Of a stretch of 64,000 nt of DNA, positions 57,509 to 64,000 are shown piece by piece. The translations under genes were made by a program, and so were the position numbers. This DNA is from an uncultured Gemmatimonadales bacterium (GTDB lineage Bacteria; Gemmatimonadota; Gemmatimonadetes; Longimicrobiales; Longimicrobiaceae), in NCBI GenBank assembly GCA_963716255.1, contig OY970303.1, positions 896,001 through 960,000 on the forward strand, read 5' to 3'. Under the pieces are notes generated by a model that did no database searches, had not been told where the DNA came from, and was given only the letters and a program-made list of their open reading frames with translations. Numbering within the stretch: the first letter of the stretch is position 1; every line of letters starts with the position of its first letter.

Positions 57509-57537
57509 CTTCCTTCACCCCCTTCAGGAGCAGTCAC

Positions 57538-57771
57538 ATGCGCGTTTCGTATACCTCTCTGGCGGTTGCAGCACTCCTTTTCCTCGCCGCTTGCGGCACC
57601 AGCTCACCGGAGATCGTCGCACCCAGTAACAGTTCGGCGAACTCTGTCGCGGGTGACGGTGGGGGACTCGGAATGAGCGGCTCAGGCAATGCAATCGCGA
57701 CCGATACCACCGCAGCTAATGTCTCCACGACAGAGCGGGGCGGACTCGGGATGAGCGGCTCGGGGAACTAG
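57538..57771 (+). CDS. Small lipobox-bearing secreted peptide C with two identical GGLGMSGSGN cores
   Basis: AGGAG RBS; MRVSYTSLAVAALLFLAAC; second core at the C-terminus. Confidence 0.85.
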   Translation: MRVSYTSLAVAALLFLAACGTSSPEIVAPSNSSANSVAGDGGGLGMSGSGNAIATDTTAANVSTTERGGLGMSGSGN

Positions 57772-57776
57772 TCAAC

Positions 57777-59099
57777 TCAGGGATATACGAGGGCGCGCGT
57801 GGGACTTTCAGGTCCATTGTCTCGCCGCGCCCTCATTGCATGCGCAAGCTGGACAGTGAGTTCATCAACCTCTACATCCGCGTGAGCCGCAGGAGTCGGG
57901 ATCATGCGCCGACGATCTTTGAACACCTTCGCAACCGAATCATCACAAATCACATTCTGGTTCAGTGCTTCGACGATCGCTGCTGCAGCAATAATTGCCT
58001 CTGACTCTTTCCGCTCCCGCGCCACACTTAGTGCTTCGGCCGCCGCAAAAGCTGAACGTTCCCACTGGCCTAAATTTCCGGCTCCCAATGCAAGCTGGAC
58101 CAAGGCCGCAGCATGCCCCTGTCGAGTAACCTGCTGCCGAATGAGAGACCATGCTTCAATCCACATTCCTTCAAATGATTCAACCCACCTCGCCCCAGCC
58201 GCAGCTCGGGCGAGATTGGCAAACAACAGAACTCTGTATGGAGGATCCCAGACGTGCTCAGTCAGAGCCGAGAACACCTGCGCGGCATTCTCGAAATTGC
58301 CGTAGTGGTCCATCCAGAACCACGCCACGTCCTTGGCGAGATGGTAGATCTGGATATGCCCTGTTCCATATGCATTTAGCGCCTTTCGAGCATAGTCTAC
58401 CCCCTGCTTTTCATCCCCGAACGAAAAACTCATCACCGCCAGATCGTAAAGCGCATCTCCCTCCAGTGTCCGCAGCCCGCGGAGCTTTGCCATACGACGG
58501 GTGACTTCGTGCAGCCGCCGCGCTTTCGGAAGATTGCCGCGTTGCCGGTGCAGGTTTCCAAGGCTGGAGAGCGCCAGCGTTGCCACATCCCATTTATCCG
58601 ACGAGCGGGCGACGTAGTGCGCCCACTTCAGCCACGCCTCGGACTCCTCGTAGAAAGCCATCCTCCGGGCGACGCGGCCCAGGTTGTACGCGTAGTGCGG
58701 GTTGTCCGGGTAGATGTCCTCCGCCGCGTGCAGCAGCCCCACCGCCGTCCGGTACGCTCCCCGCTCGTCCGCCCACATCGCCGCGTTGAAGCAGCAGAAC
58801 GCCACAGCTTCCAGGGTGTCGTCGTCGGGCTCCGGGTCGCGCAGCAGCCGGTCGAGCGCGGCCAGGCTCGGCCGCAGCGAAGGGTTCACGTCCGCGTAGA
58901 CCTGGAGCGGCGCGTCCCCGTCGTCCACCGGCGCCCCGTGCCAGTCGCGCACCCGGCGCAGCGCCTGCCACAGGCGCAGCCCCTCGCTCTCCAGCCCCAG
59001 CGATTCGAACTCCGACAGCACGTACATGAACGCGAGGGTGCCCGACTGCGGGATGTGGATCTTGGGCGGAACGGGGGGCTCGCACCGGGATACAGGCAT
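57777..59099 (-). CDS. TPR protein, candidate peptide receptor 2
   Basis: TPR-like YPDNPHYAYNLGRVAR and ALSSLGNLHRQRGNL..A; homologous to 21632-23023. Confidence 0.85.
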   Translation of the reverse strand: MPVSRCEPPVPPKIHIPQSGTLAFMYVLSEFESLGLESEGLRLWQALRRVRDWHGAPVDDGDAPLQVYADVNPSLRPSLAALDRLLRDPEPDDDTLEAVAFCCFNAAMWADERGAYRTAVGLLHAAEDIYPDNPHYAYNLGRVARRMAFYEESEAWLKWAHYVARSSDKWDVATLALSSLGNLHRQRGNLPKARRLHEVTRRMAKLRGLRTLEGDALYDLAVMSFSFGDEKQGVDYARKALNAYGTGHIQIYHLAKDVAWFWMDHYGNFENAAQVFSALTEHVWDPPYRVLLFANLARAAAGARWVESFEGMWIEAWSLIRQQVTRQGHAAALVQLALGAGNLGQWERSAFAAAEALSVARERKESEAIIAAAAIVEALNQNVICDDSVAKVFKDRRRMIPTPAAHADVEVDELTVQLAHAMRARRDNGPESPTRALVYP

Positions 59100-59152
59100 G
59101 GCGATGTGCTGTGCTGGGGACACGTTGTCGGTTAACAAACGCAAGCGAACGG

Positions 59153-59178
59153 CATATTACAGTGGACGGAGTGGACAC
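59153..59178 (-). promoter_or_regulatory. Conserved upstream motif of TPR gene 2 (GTGTCCACT-CC-GTCCACT-GT-AATATG on minus strand)
   Basis: Matches 21564-21587. Confidence 0.6.
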
Positions 59179-59301
59179 ACAAGGAGGGACCTGAAAAGGG
59201 GGGATCGGCGCGCGCCCGGCCGCCGCCGGGCCGTCCGGAGGGTGCAGCCGCACGGGTCCGGTCAAGGCTCCATCCGGCCCGCGCCGTCGCCAGGGGCAGA
59301 C

Positions 59302-59778
59302 TTACCGGCGAGACCCGGGAAGCGGGCGCCCCCGGCCGATTGCCCCAGCATCCGGCTCGCCGTGCAGCCGCGGGTCGTCCAGCATCCCCACCTGCGCCAG
59401 CACCTCGTCCGCGATGCCGATGTCGGCCAGCTCGGCGCGCGCCCAGCCCGCGTCGAGCATGGACTCCACCTGGCCGCGCACCCACGCCGTCTGCTCCGCG
59501 GCCTCGCGCTCCGCGTCCCCGCGCTCCGCGACCAGCTCCCGGGCGGTCTCCTCCATCTCGCGGAGCGTGCGGTGCGTTTCCTGCCACACCGCCATCTGGT
59601 CGCGGAACGACAGCTGGCCGTCACGCAGGACGGCGGAGGCGGCACGGAGCGCCCGGGAGCGGCTTCCCGCCTCGCCCGCCGCCAGCTTCAGCTCCTCGGA
59701 CCACTGCCGGTTCGCGGTCACGTCCACCACGTCCTCCGCCGGCTCCCGCTGGTATCCCGCTGGTGTCCTGTCGCGCAT
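59302..59778 (-). CDS. Hypothetical coiled-coil protein
   Basis: GAAGGGGG RBS, host-like codon usage. Confidence 0.6.
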   Translation of the reverse strand: MRDRTPAGYQREPAEDVVDVTANRQWSEELKLAAGEAGSRSRALRAASAVLRDGQLSFRDQMAVWQETHRTLREMEETARELVAERGDAEREAAEQTAWVRGQVESMLDAGWARAELADIGIADEVLAQVGMLDDPRLHGEPDAGAIGRGRPLPGSRR

Positions 59779-59915
59779 GCTGCCCCCTTCGCCGATGCAG
59801 TCGGGTCGACGAGCACTCCTCTGCTCCGTGCAACTCGCGTGCGACAGACGGAGGACCCGGACACGGAGGGCACGCGCCGAGAGGGCCACGCGGCGCCGGC
59901 CGGCCAGTCCCCGCC

Positions 59916-60947
59916 TCAGTCCGCGGCGTGCCCCGCCGCGCGCACCGACTCCGTGCTGAGGGTGCGGTTGCGCATCGCCACATCACGCACCATCTCCGCG
60001 ATCACGGCGGCCTCCCGCGCCCTGCGCTCCAACGCCTCCGCGCCCACGCCGGCCGGCGCGTTCTCGCGGGCGTGCCGCGCCACGTGCTCCAGCAGCAGAA
60101 TCCCCTCCTCCATGGCCCGGACCGCGCCCCAGAGCGTGTCCTCCATGGACGTGGTGACCGCCGCCAGCAGGCTGTCCAGCGAGTACGCGTGCCCCGTGTG
60201 GCAGCGGAAGCGGGGGACTCCGCCCTCTCCCAGGCTCACCAGCACTCCGTGGCACTCCGGGCAGGTGTAGGGCGTGAACGGGCCCAGGTCCAGCACCCCT
60301 GCCCTGAGCGCGTTCTCCTCCGTGGCGATGCGCGTCTCGATCTCCATCTCCGCGGACGCCTCCGCGACCTCCGCCGCCCGGGGGGGCTCGCCGGCCAGGC
60401 GCGCCAGCAGCGGCGCCAGCGCGGAGACGGGCACCACCTCGTCCACCTCCACGTAGCGGATGGCGCTGCGGGGCATGGACGGGTAGGTCGCCTCTTCCGG
60501 GTCCTGCACCAGCGCCGCCCCCCCGCGCCGCTTCACCGCCCACAGCCCCGCCGTGCCGTCGTCCAGCCGGCCGGTGAGCACCACCCCCACCACCCGCGGC
60601 CCGAAAACGTACGCCGCCGAGCGGAAGAGCGGATCTATGGCCGGGCGGCACAGGTTCTCCTTGGGGCCGCGCGACACCCGCACCCGGTCGCGCTCCACCA
60701 GCAGGTGGCAGTCCGGCGGCGCCACGTACACGCGGCCGCGGCGGATCTCCTCGCCGTCGCGGGCGTGCTCCACCGGCAGCGGGCAGCTCTCCTGGAGGAT
60801 GCGGGGGAGGATTCCCGGGCTGTCGGCCGCCACGTGCATCACCACGAACACGGCGGCCTCCAGGTCCCCCGGAAGACCGCCGAGCAGAGTTCTCAGGGCG
60901 TCGATGCCTCCGGCCGACGCGCCGATCACGATGATGTCCCGGTTCAT
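59916..60947 (-). CDS. cheB: CheB-type methylesterase without receiver, with C-terminal CPEC..CH domain
   Basis: GASAGG, VMH, RPAIDPLFRSAA, LTGRLDDG, QDP.EA; YTCPECHG..RCHTGH. Confidence 0.9.
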   Translation of the reverse strand: MNRDIIVIGASAGGIDALRTLLGGLPGDLEAAVFVVMHVAADSPGILPRILQESCPLPVEHARDGEEIRRGRVYVAPPDCHLLVERDRVRVSRGPKENLCRPAIDPLFRSAAYVFGPRVVGVVLTGRLDDGTAGLWAVKRRGGAALVQDPEEATYPSMPRSAIRYVEVDEVVPVSALAPLLARLAGEPPRAAEVAEASAEMEIETRIATEENALRAGVLDLGPFTPYTCPECHGVLVSLGEGGVPRFRCHTGHAYSLDSLLAAVTTSMEDTLWGAVRAMEEGILLLEHVARHARENAPAGVGAEALERRAREAAVIAEMVRDVAMRNRTLSTESVRAAGHAAD

Positions 60948-61287
60948 GGCAGCAGGGCTCCTGTGGACGGCCCGGTGGAGTGGAGCGCCCACCATCCCGG
61001 GCGGACGTGCGGCACGCTCCGCGCCCGGAGCACGATGTCCCGGGAGCGCCGCCGCGTCATCTCGCACTGCGCGAACACCCGGCGAAGGCCCTCGGGCCCC
61101 GGCCGGATCATCTCCCGTCTCCTGTTTCCCGTCGCTCATCCGCACACTCCCCGGGGATGGTTTCCGCCGCGCGCGGACGCGTTTTTTTCTGCCGCCGTGG
61201 CTCGGGACGGGGCCGGGCGCGATTTTCGCTGGCGCAGCGCAGGCGGAATTCCGACCCTCACCCCCCCGCCCCCGCACGAGTGAAGCC

Positions 61288-61929
61288 ATGGAGAAGCCGC
61301 TGACCCCGGACGAGCTCGCCGAGATGGAGCGGCGCGCCGGCGGCGCCACCCCCGGGCCGTGGGAAGCCGGCGCGCGCTACGAGCGCTTCGGAGTGAACGA
61401 GGGCTTCCGGCCGGGGGAGGGCCCTTTTTCCTTCCTGCCGGTGGGGCGCTGCCACTGCTGCGCCGAGAGCGGCGAGCCCCCGCTGGGGATCGAGCGCGAC
61501 CGGCACGGCGCCGTGTACCACGTGCACCGCGTGGGCGGCGGGCGGCCGCCGTCCGCCGCGGGGTGGCGCACCATCTCCAGCGCCGCCACGCGCGAAACGG
61601 TGGTGGAAAGCTACCAGGGGATGATCTCCTCGGGGTTCCACCCGCGCGACGCCGAATTCATCTCGCACGCGCGGGTGGACGTGCCCCGGCTCGTGGCCGA
61701 GGTGAGGCGGCTGCGCGCCGCGGTGGAGACCTCGGAGGAGCTGCTGCGCGCCGCCGAGGCGGTGCAGCGCACCGTGCGCTCCCTGCGCGAGGAAACGGAG
61801 AGGCTGCGCGCGGAGCGCGAGGCGACGCTCGCGGCCGTGCACCGCTCGCGCGACGAGCTGCGCGGGAACGTGGAGAGCCTCCCCCCCGCACGGTACGCGG
61901 CGAGGCCGGGCGTGCGGGGCGAGAGCTGA
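61288..61929 (+). CDS. Hypothetical protein with phage Ead/Ea22-like motifs and coiled-coil tail
   Basis: ATPGPWE...DAEFISHARVDVPRLVAEVRRLR. Confidence 0.6.
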   Translation: MEKPLTPDELAEMERRAGGATPGPWEAGARYERFGVNEGFRPGEGPFSFLPVGRCHCCAESGEPPLGIERDRHGAVYHVHRVGGGRPPSAAGWRTISSAATRETVVESYQGMISSGFHPRDAEFISHARVDVPRLVAEVRRLRAAVETSEELLRAAEAVQRTVRSLREETERLRAEREATLAAVHRSRDELRGNVESLPPARYAARPGVRGES

Positions 61930-61939
61930 GGAGCGGCGG

Positions 61940-62974
61940 TCAGCCGTACACCGAGCGCCCCGTGCCCTGCTCCTCGGCGCCCGCGGCCCCGCCGGCCAGC
62001 AGCACCCGGCGGATCAGCTCCGCCCGCTCCCGCGTCTCCACCTCCTCCTCGCTGTAGCGCGCCGCAAGCCTGGACTGGCCGCGGCGCTCCATCCTCTCCG
62101 CCATCCCCCGCGACAGCGAGGCGCGCTCCTCCAGCGCCCGGAGCGCCGTCCAGAGCGCCGCCTCCATCGCGGTGGACTGCTCGGAGAGCAGCGTCTCCAC
62201 CGAGTAGGCGTGCCCCACCCGGCAGCGGTAGCGCACCAGCTCGCCCTCGTGCATCTCCCACAGCGCGCCGTGGCACTCCGGGCAGGTGTACCCGGACGGG
62301 CGGCCGGGGTGGTCGTCGCCGTGCACCAGGCGCGGGTCCATCTCCACCGCGTCGATGTCGGGCTTCAGCTCGTCGGACACGTCGCCCCCTCCTTGGTCTT
62401 CCTCGACCGGGGTGTTCGCCAGGCGCACAAGCGTCGCCGCGATCTCCGCCAGCGGCAGCACGCCGTCCACCGCCACGTGCTCCGCCGCGCTCCGCGGCAT
62501 CCCCGCGTACATCGCCTCGTCCGGGTCCTGCGCCAGCGCGGTCCCGCCGGCGGCCTTGACCGCCTGCAGGCCGGCCGTGCCGTCGTCCAGCGTGCCGGAA
62601 AGGACCACCCCCACCACGCGCCGGCCGTAGGCCCGCGCCGCGGTGCGGAAAAGCGGGTCCACCGCGGGCCGGGCGCCGTTCTCGCGCGGGCCTCGCACCA
62701 GCCGCACCGCGCCGCGCTTCACCAGCAGGTGGAACCCCGGGGGGGCCACGTACACCCGGCCGGGCTCGATGGGGTCCCCGTCCCGCGGGTGGGTCGCGGG
62801 GAGCGCGCCGCGCCGGCCGAGGATGGCGGGGAGCACGCTGGTTCCGCGGTCGGGGACGTGCAGCACCACGAAGAAGCTCGCCGGCACGTCCCCCGGGAGG
62901 CGCGAGAACAGCTCCGACAGCGCCTCCACCCCTCCGGCGGAGGCCCCGACCACCACGATGTCGTGTCCTGGCAC
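61940..62974 (-). CDS. cheB: CheB-type methylesterase without receiver, with C-terminal CPEC..C..GH domain (paralog)
   Basis: GASAGG, VLH, RPAVDPLFRTAA, LSGTLDDG; YTCPECHG..RCRVGH. Confidence 0.9.
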   Translation of the reverse strand: MPGHDIVVVGASAGGVEALSELFSRLPGDVPASFFVVLHVPDRGTSVLPAILGRRGALPATHPRDGDPIEPGRVYVAPPGFHLLVKRGAVRLVRGPRENGARPAVDPLFRTAARAYGRRVVGVVLSGTLDDGTAGLQAVKAAGGTALAQDPDEAMYAGMPRSAAEHVAVDGVLPLAEIAATLVRLANTPVEEDQGGGDVSDELKPDIDAVEMDPRLVHGDDHPGRPSGYTCPECHGALWEMHEGELVRYRCRVGHAYSVETLLSEQSTAMEAALWTALRALEERASLSRGMAERMERRGQSRLAARYSEEEVETRERAELIRRVLLAGGAAGAEEQGTGRSVYG

Positions 62975-63226
62975 GTGTACGCTCCGTACGGGTTGTCCGG
63001 CCGGCCCTGGCCCGGTCCGGAGACGGCAAATCGCATGCGCGCAGTGGAATAGCGCGGATCGGGTTGACAGGGCCGAGCCCCGGCGACTATATCCACGAAT
63101 GCGCGAGCGTCCCCCTCTCCTACCCGTGTTCGTGCCCCATCCGTCCGACCCGCGGCCCGCCCGTCCTTTCCGAGCTCCCGCCGGCGGCGACCGCTCTCTT
63201 CTCCAACCGGTCTCACCCGAGCACGT

Positions 63227-64000
63227 ATGACCTCTCCGGAACCGGATCCCCCCTTCGAGGGGCTGCTGGAATACCTCAAGAACGACCGGGGCTTCGACTT
63301 CACCGGCTACAAGCGCTCCACGCTGCTGCGGCGCACCCGCAAGCGGATGGAGGAGGTGGGGATCGCGGATTTCGGCGAGTACCACGCGTACCTGGAGACC
63401 CACCCGGACGAGTTCACCCAGCTCTTCAACACCATCCTCATCAACGTCACCAGCTTCTTCCGCGACCCCGAGGCGTGGGACACACTGGCGCGGGAGCTCC
63501 GGATGCGCGTGGTGGACCGCAAGCAGGCCGGCGAGCCCATCCGCGTGTGGAGCGCGGGGTGCGCCTCGGGCGAGGAAACGTACACGCTGGTGATCCTGCT
63601 GGCGGAGATGCTGGGCGTGGAGCGCTTCCGGGAGCAGGTGAAGATCTACGCCACCGACGTGGACGAGGAGGCGCTCGCCCAGGCCCGCTACGGGAGCTAC
63701 ACCGGCACCGACCTGGAGGGCGTCCCCGACGACGTGCGGGAGCGCTACTTCGAGCGCGCGGGTGACCGCCTCACCCTGCGCGCCGACCTGCGTCGCTACG
63801 TGATCTTCGGGCGGCACGACCTGGTGCAGGACGCCCCCATCTCGCACCTGGACCTGCTGGTGTGCCGCAACGTCCTCATGTACTTCAACGCCGAGGTGCA
63901 GGGGCGCGTCATGAGCCGCTTCCACTACGCCCTGGGCGACGCCGGGCTCCTGTTCCTGGGCAAGGCGGAGATGATGCGGTCGCACGGTGGCCTGTTCGCT
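63227..64000 (+). CDS. cheR: CheR-type methyltransferase, truncated by window end (not in the ORF track)
   Basis: Own translation: MTSPEPD...GFDFTGYKRSTL.RR, INVTSFFRD, RVWSAGCASGEE.Y, IYATDVD, HDL, CRNVLMYF. Confidence 0.92.
   Translation, partial: MTSPEPDPPFEGLLEYLKNDRGFDFTGYKRSTLLRRTRKRMEEVGIADFGEYHAYLETHPDEFTQLFNTILINVTSFFRDPEAWDTLARELRMRVVDRKQAGEPIRVWSAGCASGEETYTLVILLAEMLGVERFREQVKIYATDVDEEALAQARYGSYTGTDLEGVPDDVRERYFERAGDRLTLRADLRRYVIFGRHDLVQDAPISHLDLLVCRNVLMYFNAEVQGRVMSRFHYALGDAGLLFLGKAEMMRSHGGLFA

Noticed and set aside
1..64000. Many long overlapping ORFs rich in R/G/A/P (e.g. 6310-8787, 18382-21030, 31141-34194, 40417-42630, 45080-47497, 49563-52304)
   Set aside because: Shadow frames of real genes in very high-GC DNA; low-complexity translations with no motifs

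Overview
A very GC-rich bacterial chromosomal segment. The gene families and style suggest Gemmatimonadota, Longimicrobium-like; this is an inference. Most of it is ordinary housekeeping, metabolic and signalling genes: an M49 peptidase, S1/P1 nuclease, PLP decarboxylase, metC, a frameshifted coaE, a fused 2-oxoacid dehydrogenase E1, malQ/GH13/treS-mak/glgE glycogen-trehalose genes, two PLD/cardiolipin synthases, ETF-QO, a KhtTU-like K+ efflux pair, several histidine kinases, a HipA-like/DUF3037 pair, and cheB/cheB/cheR. No rRNA, tRNA, CRISPR array, integrase or transposase was seen. Three things stand out. (1) There are two paralogous cassettes (21.0-24.0 kb and 56.6-59.2 kb). In each, a ~450-aa TPR-like protein lies tail-to-tail with tiny lipobox-bearing secreted peptide genes that carry two copies of a G-x-x-x-G-S-G-(G/N) core, the second at the C-terminus. 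Both TPR genes share an upstream GTCCACT-N2-GTCCRCT..TAATAT motif and have an AT-richer 3' part. This is a candidate RRNPP/Rap-Phr-like peptide signalling system in a diderm bacterium. (2) Two secreted Cys-rich peptides with the CS-alpha-beta defensin cysteine pattern sit between a CPBP/Abi protease and a LytTR/LytS-type system that includes a pseudokinase. (3) A family of dispersed intergenic multi-hairpin elements (8 + 3 copies) has stems that covary between copies while the loops are conserved. These are assembled into BIME-like mosaics with two other palindrome families.
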